The notes below the pieces were generated by a model. It was not told where the DNA came from. It worked only from the letters and a program-made list of their open reading frames with translations, and ran no database searches. Positions 38,262 to 52,889 of a stretch of 64,000 nucleotides of DNA are shown piece after piece. The stretch covers positions 68,758,001 through 68,822,000 of the forward strand of contig OX597822.1 of NCBI GenBank assembly GCA_951406725.2, given 5' to 3'. Origin of the DNA: Octopus vulgaris (lineage: Eukaryota). Position 1 is the stretch's first letter; every line of letters starts with the position of its first letter. Position numbers and translations under genes: made by a program.

Positions 38262-38448
38262 ACTTTGGCAAGACAATATTTTGATCTGTTTTTGGTCAAT
38301 ATTCCTTTATTTAGCCACCAGTATAGGAAATTTTCTTATATCAACACCAATTCAGGTCACAATACAACTAAGAATATTTCACTTACTGAGAGTACCTAAG
38401 AGTTGGCACCAGTTCAGGACTGTTCTCATGCTAATCATTATCAGCTGA
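38262..38448 (+). pseudogene. Sense-orientation DII S6 then DII S4 fragments
   Basis: IFLYLATSIGNFLI (cf. FFLATVVIGNLVV) then LRIFHLLRVPKSW...VLMLIIIS (cf. LRSFRLLRVFKLAKSW). Confidence 0.65.
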
Positions 38449-38769
38449 ATTCAATGTATTAGCAGAATTGGCCTCATTGAAAAAAAAAAAAAAAGCTGAG
38501 AGGATGGGGAGAGGGGTGGAAAAAAAAAGGTGTATAGTAAGTTACAAGAATAATAAGAGAAATATTAATAGATAGTTATTTAATCCTATAGAATCACAAA
38601 CTTCAAAGTAGCATAGTTAAGAGTATAGTGACATTAAATTTTTATACTATCAACCCACACATGTGGGAATATTTACAGAACTGTCAGCCATTTTAACAAT
38701 AACATAGAGCAAACCAAAGTTTGTAACATCTAAGAACTATTTTCAATTGGATGTTGGCACTCTCAGATT

Positions 38770-38813
<44 letters not shown>

Positions 38814-38957
38814 CTCTCTCTCTCTCTCTCTCACTCAGTCTCTGTCATTCAGTCTCTCTCTCTCTCTCCCTCACACACACATACATACTTGTACAGAATT
38901 TCAATGTCATGAAAATATGCAAAAAAAAAAAATTTGTTTAAGAAAGTATTTTTATTT

Positions 38958-39140
38958 TTAAGTTAGCTGTAAATTTCCCGAAATAAAATTTTCATATCTA
39001 AACAATATCAGAAAATAAACATTAAGGAGAAAGAAAAATTCTTTGAAGATGCCAAATATATATTCCAATATTTTGAATAATTGAAGTTTTTTTCTCACTG
39101 ACACTTTCAACTGAAGACTGACAGAAAACAATTTCAACAT
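38958..39140 (-). pseudogene. Dense mosaic of S2/S5/S6 motifs
   Basis: MLKLFS, LQLFK, EYIFGIF, FFLLNVYFLIL and ENF in one 60-codon frame. Confidence 0.5.
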
Positions 39141-40977
39141 AATGTGTCAAATATATATATGTATGTATGTATTAATTATCAACTGATGAAACCTATACAC
39201 ACATACAATCGTATACACACACAAACAAATACACAAGTTGCATATAGATACATCTATGCAGTGTTTGGGTTATTCCTCTACATTACAAAAAGTGAGCAAG
39301 TACGACCAATAAACCCAACATATAAAACTTGCCAAAAAAGATAAGCACAATGATGTTTATAGCTACATATTTTAATTCTGTTACATTCTTATATTGATGT
39401 TTACATATTCTTCAGAGGTGCAGGCATGGCTGTGTTGTGAAGAAGCACTCGTTTTGCAACTGCATGGTTTTAGATTCAGTTTCACTGTGCAGCACCTTGA
39501 GCGATTGTAGTCCTAAACCAACTAATGCCTTGGGAGTGAAATGAGTAGAGGGAAACTATGTGGAATCCCATCACACATACACACACACATATATAGAATA
39601 ACTCTTTTACTCTTTTACTTGTTTCAGTCATGTGACTGTGGCCATGCTGGAGCACCACCTTTAGTCAAGCAAATTGACCCCAGGACTTATTCTTTGTAAG
39701 CCTAGTACTTATTCTATCGGTCGCTTTTGCCGAACTGCTAAGTTACAGGGATATAAACACACCACCATTGGTTGTCAAGCAATGTTGGGGGGACAAACAC
39801 AGACACACAAACATATACACACACACATACATACACATATATATACATATATACGATGGGCTTCTTTCAGTTTCCATCTACCAAATCCACTCACAAGGCC
39901 CAAGGCTATAGTAGAAGACACTTGCCCAAGGTGCCATGCAGTGGGATTGAACCCGGAACCAGGTGGTTGGCAAGCAAGCTACTTACCACACAGCTACTCC
40001 TACGCCTATGTGGAATTTGAACTCATAACATAAAGATGGACGAAAATTTTGTTGAGTAAACCCCAAAAAACCTTATATGAACTATCAGAGCCCATATAGA
40101 CCCCAGTTGAGAACCACTGATCGACATGCACATGCATGTGTGTGCATGGTGTGTGTGTGTGTATGCCTCAAGTGCCAAACTGTGCTGTAGCAAAAACAGG
40201 TTGAATGTCCAGCCTGTCTTACCAAACTATCAACATCCTAACAGCCTTGCTCAGTCGCTTAAATCTATTCTCCAACACCACGAGTCCCCTTTCCTTTGTC
40301 ACTAACCACATGTGCAGCTTCTATAAAACTAAGGCCTAATGGAGACTTGATCTCAAGTACTTGAGAAATTTGGCAAAAACAAGGTTGTTTCACTTGGCAT
40401 CACAAAAACATTCAACCATGTCTGGCATGAGAATCTCCTAACTTAGCTAAACCACTTATGGAATCGATCTAACTCATGTTTCTTGAATTGGAAACTTCCT
40501 GTTGGATCACACCATCACAGTTTGCAGCAACGAAGCTCTCTTTCTCTCTCTCTCTCCCTCTCTCTCTCCCTCTCTCTCTCTCTCCCTCTCTCTCTCTCTT
40601 TCTCTCCCTCTCTCTCTCTCTCCCTCTCTTTCTCTCTCTCCGACACCAATACCCTATCAACTTTTGTCTACTCAAAGGTTCAGTTCTGACCCCTCACACA
40701 CACACACACATTTTACTTGTTTCAGTTTCTGCCCTGCTGCCATGCTTGGGTACTGCCTTCAAGGGTTTAGTGAGACGAATTGCACCTGGTACTTACTTTT
40801 TTTAAAATCAGGTACTTATTTTATGAGTAACTTTTGCCAAACTTCTAAGTTAGGGTAACATAATCTAACTAACACTGGTTGTGAAATCATGCAGATTACC
40901 TAGGCCATAAATGTGTTCTACTCTTTTTGAATAAAGCTTAAGTTTCTTGGCTACTGGTGATAAAGTTGGAGAATTAT

Positions 40978-41018
40978 TCTGCTGATGATAGCTAATTGAG
41001 GCAGAAACATGTGTCCAT
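40978..41018 (+). ncRNA. Decayed hammerhead motif, interrupted downstream by a SINE with 16-bp TSD
   Basis: CTGATGA...GAAA-catgtg-TC; TSD agaaacatgtgtccat at 41003-41018 and 41252-41267. Confidence 0.45.
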
Positions 41019-42334
41019 AAGGTGGTAAGCTGGCAGAAATGTTAGCACGCCAGGTGAAATGCTTAGTGGTATTTTGTCTGCCACTACATTCTGAGTTCAA
41101 ATTCCACCGAGGTCAACTTTGCCTTTCATCCTTTCAGGGTCGATAAATTAAGTACCAGTTACACACTGGGGTCAATATAATTGACTTAATCTGTTTGTCT
41201 GCCCTTGTTTGTCTCCTCTGTGTGTAGCCCCTCATTGGCAGTAAAGAAATAAGAAACATGTGTCCATCACTGTCTTCTTGTCTCTAGACAATAAGTCTGT
41301 GTTTTCTTTAATGCCATGTCAACTTTAAACAATTCATGATTCTTCCTGTGGAGCTGGTCTTAATTACCATTTAATAATTATGTCACATGCTTTATAGGAA
41401 GAGATAATTTTAATAAATTGTGAATTTATGCTGTATGGCATTTGACATACCTGTATCTGTCTATCCCGTTAAAATACATACCACTGGTCACTCAGAGTTA
41501 GTTCTCTTGGATCGTTATCATTTGTCATTTTTTGTGTCTGTGTGTACGCGCGCATGCATGCATGTGGGGAGGGGGGTTAAGGGTAAAGACTCCCTTCGGT
41601 CATGAATGACTATGAAATTGCACCTAGAAAGTTTCCCTCCAAGGTACAAGTCCAGGCATGATTGTTTCTCGAAGACCAGCAGTCACCCATGCATACCAAC
41701 CTTCCTTCTCCACACCACCAATGTTGTCCAAGGGAAAGGCAAAGGGGCCAATACAGCTTGGCACCAGTAACATTGCAACTCGTTTCTACAGCTGAGTGAA
41801 CTGGAGCAACGTGAAATAAAGTGTCTTGCTTAAGAACACAACACATAGCCCGGTCCAGGAATCAAACTCACAGTCTAGTGATTGTAAGCCTGACACTCTA
41901 ACCACTGATCTATGAATCTTCCCACACACACACACACTTTATTGCTAAAATACTAAATAATACATCAAGTCAATTAGACTGGCCAGAACAACCAGCCCCC
42001 AACTATCACAAAATAATTAACTTTATGCTTAAAAAAGAATTAAATATTTTTTAAAAACGCATGATGATGATCATCATCGTCATCATTTAACCTCCATTTT
42101 CGATCCTGTCATGGGTTGGACAGTTTGACAGGTGCTGGGAAGCTGGAGAGCTGCACCAGGCTCCAATCATCTGTTTTGGTATGGTTTCTACAGCTGGATA
42201 CCCATCCTAATACCAGCCTCTTTACAGAGTGTATTGCATGCTTTTTACATGGCACTGACGTGAGAGTAAATTATGGAATGCTTCACAAATTTCCATGTCA
42301 TCCTGAGTCTGAGAACCCCTTCAGACACAACACT

Positions 42335-42642
42335 GGGATTGCACCTAGAAAGTTACCCTCCCAGGCACAAGTCCGGGCAAGGTTGTTTATGGAAGACCAG
42401 CAGTCGCTCATGCATACCAGCCTCCCCTCTCAACATCACCAGTGTTATCCAAAGGAAAGGCAAAGGCCGATACAGCTTGGCACCTGTGACGTCGCAACTC
42501 ATTTCTACAGCTGGGTGAACTGGAGCAATGTGAAATAAAGTGTCTTGCTCAAGAACACAACACGCAGCCCAGTCTGGGATTCGAGCTCACAACCTTACGA
42601 TCGTAAGCTCGACGCTCTAACTACTGAGCCATGCACCTTCAC
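42335..42642 (-). mobile_element. tRNA-derived SINE family D
   Basis: tRNA-like head at 42560-42642; copies at 6240-6540 and 41595-41920, fragments at 9862 and 46262. Confidence 0.85.
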
Positions 42643-43907
42643 TAAAGAATGATAAATAAAGGAGTCAGTGGAATACAAGATGAAATAAAATACTTTGCAC
42701 TATTTAATTAATATATCTGTATGTTCAGTGTGTTAAAATTCTAGTATGGTTAATTTTGCCTTGCATCCTTGCAGGAGTTGATAAAATAGATACCAGTAAT
42801 ATAGCAGGAATCAATTCAATCATCCCAACTTTATTCTTCCTATCTCCTCTAAAAGAATGGGCAATCTTGTCTCAGAGTGAGACATTTTATATTTTATATA
42901 ATAACCTAGAATGGACATATAATAAAAAAAATCTGCGGGTGTGTAACATTTTTATAGGTGTACGAGCGGCAGTGTGGTAAGTAGCTTGCTTACAAACCAC
43001 ATAGTTCTGGGTTCAGTCCCACTGCGTGGCATCTTGAGTAGGTGTCTTCTACTATAGCCTCGGGCCGACCAAAGCCTTGTGAGTGGATTTGGTAGACAGA
43101 AGCTAAAAGAAGCCCGTCATATATATGTATGTGTGTGTATGTGTTTGTGTGTCTGTGTTTGTCCCCCCAACATTGCTTGACAACCAATGCTGGTGTGTTT
43201 ATGTCCCTGTAACTTAGCAGTTCGGCAAAACAGACCGATAGAATAAGTACCAGGCTTACTAAGAATAAGTCCTGGGGTCGATTTGCTCAACTAAAGGCAG
43301 TGCTCCAGCATGGCCATAGTCAAATGGCTGAAACAAGTAAAAGAGTAAAAGAGAGTAAAGAGTTATTTCCATGACATAAGCATGGCTATATGGTTAAGAA
43401 GCTTGCTTTGCAATCACAGGGTTTGTGGTTCAGTCCTAGGGCAAGTGTCTTCTACCATAGCCCCATGTAAACCAATGCCATGTGAGTGAATCTGGTTGAC
43501 GTGTGCTTTTGTATCTGTATATCAGACCCACCCCAACCACTGCTTGACAACCTGTATTGGTTTGTTTATGTTCCAACATATCAGCTGTTCAGCAAAAGAG
43601 ATCGATTGAGTAAGTAGTAAAGTTAAAAACAACTTAACTACTTGAATAAAAACCCTTCAAATAGAGGCTCCAGCATGGCCACAGTTCAGTGGCTGAAATT
43701 AGTAAAAGATAAAAGATGACAACTAACCAGAATTTATTTTATTCCATTTATGAAATAGATTTTATTACTTTTATGTGTAAACTCTTCAAATTAATATCCA
43801 AAATATCTAGATTTCTATTTGCTAATGGCATAGAGAATTTAATAACTGTTGAATTGATCCTGAGTTCTAAACATTTGTTCAAATCCATAAATCACCAATC
43901 ATCATCA

Positions 43908-44072
43908 TCACTTAACATCCACTTTCCCATGCTTGCATGGGTCAGACAGAAATTGTTGAAGCAGCTTTTTTACAGCTGAATGCTCTTCCTGTCACCAAAC
44001 TTCACCTGTTTCCAAACAAGATGATGTTCCGCATGACCAAACATGCCACAACTATCAGACGAGGTCAGGGAC

Positions 44073-44111
<39 letters not shown>

Positions 44112-44545
44112 CACAGTAAGGCTTCTTTCAGTTTCCATCAATCAAATCTACTCACAAGGCTTTGGCCAGCCTGGGGCTATAGTAGAAGACACTTGCCCAA
44201 GGTGCCATGCAGAAATGGAAACCAATTTTCAAAGTTTCAGAGTTTCATTACTTAACATCCACTTTTCCATGCTTGCACGGGTCGGACAGAAATTGTTGAA
44301 GCAGCTTTTTTACAGCTGAATGCTCTTCCTGTCACCAAACTTCACCTGTTTCCAAACAAGATGATGTTCCGCATGACCAAACATGTCACAACCACCAGAC
44401 AAGGTCAGGGACAATAACACACACACACTCGCACAGTTTCCATCAATCAAATTTACTCACAAGGCTTTGGCCAGCCTTGGGCTATAGTAGCAGACACTTG
44501 CCCAAGGTGCCATGCAGTACTGGAAACCAATTTCCAAAGTTTCAA
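43908..44545 (+). repeat. Tandem duplication of a ~300-340-bp composite SINE segment
   Basis: acttaacatccactttcccatgcttgc...ggaaaccaattttcaaagtttca occurs twice (from 43910 and 44250). Confidence 0.9.
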
Positions 44546-45445
44546 ACTGAAGTAAAAGGGGAAAAAACAAAAATCACCTAAATAACATAAGTTAGAAAGA
44601 AATTCACTTATGGTATGAGAGAAGAGCACAGAATTAGGGGAATCTAAAAAGAAAATGAGTCAAGTCGTCAAACAGCTCACTCCATGAATACTGAAGATGT
44701 AAATTGGGATGTAGATATTATTTTTGGCATCTAATGAAAAAGATTTCCTTCAAGAGCTATTTTCAGAGTGGTAAGAGACAAAAGCTGAATTCGATTCAAT
44801 TAATTGATTTTATTATTCCACCCCTCTTCTCATTGGTTATTCTTTAATTTTATTAGAATTATAGAACATGTCTTTGGCTCGTTGATAGAGAAGATATATG
44901 ATGAAAATAAACAACATATATTCATAAACAAGTTTGCTTCTCTTTTTTAAATTGTTTCGAACATTATGGGAAAAAAAAAAGTTACTAAATGCCAAGAACA
45001 ACAACGAGAATTCTATTTACAGAGCAAAATTTAAAAATCTATGTTGCAGCACAAATCAGACTTCTTGCAGAGCGCTTCCGAAAATAGGGTGGTAACTTTT
45101 TTTTTTTTTATTATTTTTAAAGTTATAATAAATATTGTATATGCAAAGACAAACGAATGCGAAATAAATATATAATTAACACTGGGTTGAAAAACAAATA
45201 ATTTAATAGTAAATTTTCATAAACCAAGACGAAGTATTGCATTATAAATAAACTGATTTAGATTAAATGCCAATATGAATATATTAAAATAAAAAAATAT
45301 ATAGTCACTGACTTGTTCATTCTAATTCATTCTTTTGAAAGAAGTAAATAAATGTTGTGTGTGTGTGTGTGTGTGTCTATATACATATATATATATATGT
45401 ATATAGACACACACACACACACACATATATGCGTGTGTATATTTA

Positions 45446-45483
<38 letters not shown>

Positions 45484-45484
<1 letters not shown>

Positions 45485-46000
45485 ACATACATAAAAGAGG
45501 GATGACTACAACACGGACAACCCCTATGCTAGAAGTAGATCTACTATGGCCTTACCACTAAGACCATAGAGGATCTACTTCTAGCATAAGGGTTGTCTAC
45601 GTTGTGGTCATCTCTCTTATATGTATGTTATATAATTTTCTGAACCTTCAGATTTTAATATGCTAGACCACTGGTTTTAAATTGATATTAATCAAATTAA
45701 TATTTAATTTTTCACCCTCATTTTAAATATATATATATATAAAATTTTTATACATCTACTATATCAGGATTTTAACCCACATGGATCTAAACAGGATTGC
45801 ACCTAAGGACTTGTGCTTTTGTTTCTATAATGTTGGAAAGTTGAACTATGAACTTTCATGATTCTATTTTCTTCTTTCTTTCCATTTCCTTATACTTTTA
45901 CTCCCTTCCTCTATTATATCATCAATATATACCATTTCCATTTTCCCTATTTTTCCCTATTTTTCTCTGATGACAGAATATCCCAGAAACAGCTGTAAGA
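45484..46000. mobile_element. Penelope-like remnant: ~70-bp-arm palindrome plus hammerhead motif
   Basis: Inverted repeat 45484-45629; tct-CTGATGA...GAAA-cagctg-TA-aga at 45964-46000. Confidence 0.6.
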
Positions 46001-46896
46001 CTTCAAAATTTTTTTTCTAATAATAATATTGCATACCACTTGAGATGTTTGCCTTGCCTTAATGTTTGACGCCCTGTTAAGCAATTATATATCTGCTATA
46101 TCGGAAATCTGCAACAGCTCCATAACTACCATCTCGGCCATAACTTTGGACCCCTAGTAATCTGTTACAGCACTTACCTAGCATACCTAATCATTTAAAT
46201 CACTTGTAAACTACCTCCCCTCATACTTTGTATATTGAGACCCCCTTTGGTAATGACTAACCGTGGGATTGCACCTAGAAAGTTACCCTCCCAGGCACAA
46301 GTCTGGGCAAAGTTGTTTATGGAAGACCAGCAGTCTTTTATAAACAACCTTGCCCGGATCATAAGGTTGTGAGTTTGAATCCTGGACAGGGCTGCTATAC
46401 TCTTTCACCACAACTTTCTCTAACTCTTTTTCCCTGTTTCTGTTGTACCTGTATTTCAAAGGGCCAGCCTTGTCACACTTTCTGTCACACTGAATCTCCC
46501 CGAGAACTACACGTGTCTGTGGAGTGCTCAGTCACTTGCATGTTAATTTCACAAGCAGGCTGTTCCGCTGATCGGATCAACTGGAACCCTTGTTGTTGTA
46601 ACCGACGGAGTGCCACGATTTATAATATGTATGTATATGTATATATTTATGTGTGTGTCTTTGTTTGGCCCCCCCTACCATCACTTGACAACCGATGTTT
46701 ACACCTCCATAACTTATCGGTTCAGCAAAAGAGACCAATGGAATAAGTACTAGGCTACAAAGAATAAGTCCTGGGGTTGATTTCTTCAACTAAAAAAACC
46801 CTTTTAGGTGGTGCTTCAGTATGGCTGCAGTCAAATGACTGAAACAAGTAAAAGAATATATATATGGTATTTCTCTAACATTGTTATATTACACAT

Positions 46897-46957
<61 letters not shown>

Positions 46958-47186
46958 GTTGCCTTGAGGAACATTATACAAATAGTGAAGTTGCAAAGGA
47001 TGAAAGCTTCAGCTTTAAATAAGCAAATACCTGTCAGTGTGTACACGTATGCACACACACACACACACATTTCTACATATAATGTACACACACAGACACA
47101 TTTATAGGCTTGCATCCCTGTGTATAGGCTACAAAAAACACTCTTTTTAATATTTACACAACTTGCAGATTCAGAGAAGAAGAAAT

Positions 47187-47237
<51 letters not shown>

Positions 47238-48334
47238 TGAATGATATGGTACTAAACCATTTGGTGGTAACATCTTAGACATGTTTTGAGAATGGAAACT
47301 TTCAAGTGAATTAAATATCGAGATTAAATCCTTCTTACTTCCGTCTCAGCTGTATACCTAACCAAACACAAGAAGATGCCCTACTTTAGATATTAAAGTC
47401 AGTGGCTGTCAATTCAAACTGGTTCAACTTCACTAGCGCCATATGAAGAGCTAACTGATCTATCAACAAACAAGACAAAAACTCAAAACTTAGCAACCTA
47501 GTTGGTAAAGATATTACAATCTAAATAGACACACGCTTCTAGCTTTATACATATACTATAACAATACGTTATAAGATATTGAATCTATTTTCATTCTATA
47601 TCGACCACTTTGTTAATTTAACCATTCTTTTTCCGATGTTGAAAAATAAAATTATTTGAGAGAATTCTTAAATAATCAAATAAATTATGTATTAATAGTT
47701 GCAATTCCAAATGTTAAGTCAATTTAGATGTAAGTTCTTCAAATAGGAAAAAAAAAAACAAAAGATGTAGCAACACCATGTTAGATTCTACATAAATACA
47801 ACAGGATATATTGATTGGTATGTCTGTGTAAAATATTAAGGTTTGTTGAGTTAATAAAGCATTCAAGCATGAAAGAGAACCAGTTTGTTAAGGACAGTAA
47901 TAGAAGCAAGATACAAACAAATAAAAGTATAAAAAAAAAGCAAAAGCTATTCAAAGGGAAATAACCTCTTTCTTATCAGATACCACTGATAGCCTGAATT
48001 ATTTTGGTTAAACTTTTAATTATTAGTTTTCATTAATTCAGTATCAGAGGAATGAAAGTATCAAAGTCTAAACATAAGGGGAGAGGGTAAGATATTTTAT
48101 TTATTATGTGTAAGAAATCTTTAGGTTGGTAGCAGGTTGATGACTTCTAAAAACACTCAAAACATTTCATAAACAAAAATAAGTATAAAAATAAAGTTTT
48201 ATATAAAAAGGTATATGTTTTGCTCTCTTAGCTTTATTCCAACCAAAAAGATTATCAAAATACATAAAATATATTTGAAAAGCTTTTCATATGAAAAGAC
48301 ACCATAAAAAAAACTACTACAGAGTAAAATGTAG

Positions 48335-48640
48335 CACATGGTCTCATGAGAGAGAGACGAGGTCTGACCCAGATAAGCAGATTGAAAAGCAAATAATATG
48401 AGAAGGCAGCACTAGACAAAAATGCAGACCATTTTCATGCAAAATTTAATCACAGTTGTATTCCCACTGACCTTTCTGGAACCATAGAAAGAAATGCAAG
48501 ACTAAAGACCTAAAGTGTCCCAAAAGAACAAATATCTCACAAGAATAAGTGTCTGACAAAGTTTGACAAAGAAAGGAAGTTTTAAAATTATGTCAGTTAC
48601 AGCAGCTACACATAATGTTGAACAATAATTCTTCTTAAGA
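48335..48640 (-). pseudogene. Degenerate pore-helix/S5/S4 fragments
   Basis: DTLGL/LAFLSM/FQ, VGIQL, WSAFLSSA (cf. GWAFLSAF) and LMRP. Confidence 0.5.
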
Positions 48641-48642
48641 AC

Positions 48643-48693
<51 letters not shown>

Positions 48694-48898
48694 ATGACAA
48701 ATTATTAAAAAAAAAACAGTATAGCAAAATAAAAAAAAAACAAGAAAAAATTAAATATATGACTAGATATTCATATCAGAAATAAATAAAGAAATAATGA
48801 AATATTCAATTTTTTTTTCTACTTGTTTCCTTCAGCATTTTCTACACACAGCAACTAGTATTACAGAGTGCCAATAGCCAACAAGGTGTGTATGTGTA

Positions 48899-48929
<31 letters not shown>

Positions 48930-49632
48930 GCACCACACCACACCTGAACATATTAGCACTCACACATGTCCACTGACCCAATGGTAATATATTCAACCAG
49001 AAATTCCATCTATTTCTCTTTTATTCTTAGGTTATGCCTAACCTTTTTTGTTTTGTTTTGAGTTGTTTTTCTGCTTTTTATTATTTATTTTTTAACAAAC
49101 GACTTTACTACTTATTTTTAGGTGTGGAGATTAAAGCAAAGAGAGGCTTCTGTTAGAGTTGATTTAATATTGGATTTTTACCAGAGCATAGTAAATATGC
49201 TACATTATAAAATGACGTAATATTTCTATCTATATAAATGTATAGGCCGCAGGCATGGCCGTGTGATTGCGAAGCTTGCTTTGCAACCAAGTGGTCTTAG
49301 GTTCAGTCCTGCCATAGGGTACCTGGGCCAAGTGTCTTTTATACTATATCTTCAGGTGAACCAATATCTTGTGAATGAATTAGGTAGATGGAAACTGTGT
49401 GAATACTTATTGTGTGTGCTTTTCTCTCTCACACACACACACATGCACACACAACTCTGCTTGACTACCAGTGTTGTTTTGTCTAGGTCCCCATAACTTA
49501 GTTGTTTAGCAAAAGAGAATTATTGAATAAATACCATACTTGACTAAATTCTTCAAGGCTATGTCCCAGTATGGCCAAAATTCAAAGAATGAAACAAGAA
49601 AGAGATAAAAGATATCATAAATATACATATAT

Positions 49633-50025
49633 ATAGGCGCAGGAGTAGCTGTGTGGTAAGTAGCTTGCTTACCAACCACATGATTCCAGGTTCAGTCCCA
49701 CTGCGTGGCACCTTGGGCAAGTGTCTTCTATTATAGCCTCGGGCCAACCAAATTTTTGTGAGTGGATTTGGTAGACGGAAACTCAAAGAAACCTGTCGTA
49801 TATATGTATATGTATAAATATATGTGTGTCTGTGTTTGTCTCCCCCCAACATCGCTTGACAACCGATGCTGGTGTGTTTGCATCCCGTTAACTTAGCGGT
49901 TCGGCAAAAGAGACCGATAGAATAAGTACTAGGCTTACAAAGAATAAGTTCTGGGGTCGATTTGCTCGACTAAATGCGGTGTTCCAGCATGGCCACAGTC
50001 AAATGACTGAGACAAGTAAAAGAGT
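49633..50025 (+). mobile_element. tRNA-derived SINE family A, full-length representative
   Basis: taggcgcaggagtrgctgtgtggtaag...ggttcagtccc...aaatgactgaaacaagtaaaagag; more than 20 copies in the window on both strands (e.g. 20710-21110, 25615-26010, 39600-40010, 42955-43360, 50530-50930, 56320-56700, 58635-58995, 62230-62630). Confidence 0.9.
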
Positions 50026-50497
50026 AAATACACACACACAAGCACACACACTTTTATGGTTTCAGTCACTGAGCTGGAGCCAAGCTGGGTACGACCTATA
50101 CTTAAATATATCAACCCCAATACATATCTGGTACTTATTTTATCAATGTCAGAAGGATAAAAATTGAAGTTGACCTGGCTAGGAATTGATCTCCGAGAAC
50201 TCAACTACTCCAGCTAAGTACGGCGAGGTATTTTGTCTGATACATTAGTGATTCTATTAACTCCCTCCCTTATTTATAGAGGGTGACCCAAAAGTAGGTT
50301 TGCAGTTATTCAACTCTTTTGCATTCATATATTAAGAGTTTAGATCTTAATTATACAAAAAAAATATGAAACCATTATTCTATGTTAATTTAGTTAATTG
50401 TAAGATAGAAATTTAAATGTAATAAAATGTTTTAAAAGAAATTTAAAGCGCCTACGTGATAACTGTAAACCTACTTTTGGACCACCTTGTGTGTGCA

Positions 50498-50531
<34 letters not shown>

Positions 50532-50931
50532 GGCGCAGGAGTGGCTGTGTGGTAAGTAGCTTGCTTACGAACCACATGGTTCCGGGTTCATTCCCACTGT
50601 GTGGCACCTTGGGCAAGTGTCTTCTATTATAGCCTTGGGCCGACCAAAGCCTTGTGAGTGGATTTGGTAGACGGAAACTGAAAGAAACCCGTCGTATATA
50701 TGTATATGTATATATATGTGTGTATGTGTTTGTGTGTCTGTGTTTGTCCTCCCCAACATCGGTGTGTTTACGTCCCTGTAACTTAGCGGTTCGGCAAAAG
50801 AGACCGATAGAATAAGTACTAGACTTACAAAGAATAAGTCCTGGGGTCGATTTGCTCAACTAAAGGTGGTGCTCCCACATGGCTGCAGTCAAATGACTGA
50901 AACAAGTAAAAGAGAGTAAAGAGTAAGAGTG

Positions 50932-50999
<68 letters not shown>

Positions 51000-52889
51000 C
51001 ATCTTTTACTTGTTTCAATCATTGGACTGCAGCCATATTTTGGCACTACCTTGAAGAGTTTAGTCAAACACATGAACCCCAATAATTATATTTTGAAGAA
51101 GTCTGATATTTTTTCTATTAGTCTCTTTTGCTGAACTGCTAAGTTACAAAAATGTGAACAAACCAACATTATTTGTTAAGCAGCAATCAGGGACAAGCAT
51201 AAACACAAAGATACACAATAGAAAATCCGTTGAGATAACTTAGGCCAGCACCTAAAAATATAAATCATAATTCCTAAAAATCTTTAAAATATGTAGGTGC
51301 AGGAATGGATGTGTGTTTAAGAAGTTTGCTTTGCAATCACATGATTTCAGGTTCAATCCCACTCTATGAAGCAAAATACTATAGCCTTGTAAGTGAAATT
51401 TGTATGAATGCGTATGCATGTGTGAGTCTCCTTGCCCAAGCATTTAGCCCTTTAAGTTCAGCAGGCCAGTGAAAACAGTTAACAGGGTGTGACTGAAAAA
51501 ATGGTCTCAGAGCCAGAAGTGAGAGCTGATTGAAAACCAGTGTACCTATCCATCTCTAAAGGTACTACTGTTGATAGAAACCAAAGTATTGTCTCTCCCT
51601 GAACACCCTGATCTCACAATAAGGAAAGACTGGAAAGGTCATAATACTGGGACAGGGATCCTGCTATGCATGACAGAGAACAGAGACCAGTGGCAATGGC
51701 TGATTGCAAAAGTGTCGAGATTGGTATCCCAACAACTGGTTGCACCAAGTAAGGAAACTTGGTGGTGATGATGATGATGTATGCTTGTGTGTGTTTGCAT
51801 GTATGTGTATGATTGTCTCCACATCTTTGCATTGATATGACTTGGGCAGCAGGGATGTTTCTGTTCTGGGTATGAGATGTTTTGGCACCACCTATTTCGC
51901 ATCACTGATTTTACACTAATTTGGCATCAACTCTCTCTCTCTATCTATCTATCTATCTGCAAGTGTATATTTCTTATTTCTTTATTGCCCCCAAGGGGCT
52001 AAACATAGAGGGGACAAACAAGGACAGACAAAGGGATTAAGTCTATTACATCAACCCCAGTGAGTAACTGGCAAAGTTGACCTCGGCGGAATTTGAACTC
52101 AGAACATAATGGCAGATGAAATACCGCTAAGCATTTCGCCCAGCATGCAAACGTTTCTGCCAGCTTGCCGCAAGTGTATATTTCTGTGCACACGTATGTG
52201 TGTGCACTTGGGTGAGTGTGTTTGCCTCCAGTGCTAAAAAGTACTATTGCCAAAATGGTTTCAATGTGCCAAATCACCAGTTTCCAAACAGCCTCACCCA
52301 ATCATCTCATTCTCTTATGTTCCACAGCTCAGCAGTTCAATAAATGAAGACCAATGGAATAAAGCCCTTTACTTGAATACTTGAATTCACATTAAGGGCT
52401 GGTAACAGGAAGGGCATCTCTGGTTATAGAACTCTGCCACAAGAAGTCTCAATTAACCCACGCAAGTGTGGGAAAAGTAGATATTGTGGGGATGGTGACG
52501 ATGATTGTGGTGAGGATGGTTGTGTATATTCAGAATTCCCAGCATTCAATCTGAGTTTTAGAAATCTTTCTCTTTCCTAAACTATATAAATATATCATAT
52601 ACTATAAAATATATATATATAATATATATATGTATAAAGTTTAATAGAATTCATTTTTTTTTTTGTATAACTAATTAACAAAGACAATGTTATATTCATG
52701 TATTGTTTTAGTAATTTTAACTTCATACACTAAAGATAGCTGATTTAATTAAAAAACATCATGGCAGATTATCATCATATCGTTAACATTATGTAAATTC
52801 AATAATGGTTGATACCTCTCACTTTCTTAAGTCTTTTCTCATATTATCAGAAAACAAAAAAAAAAATCTTTGTTTATTCTACAAGTAAA

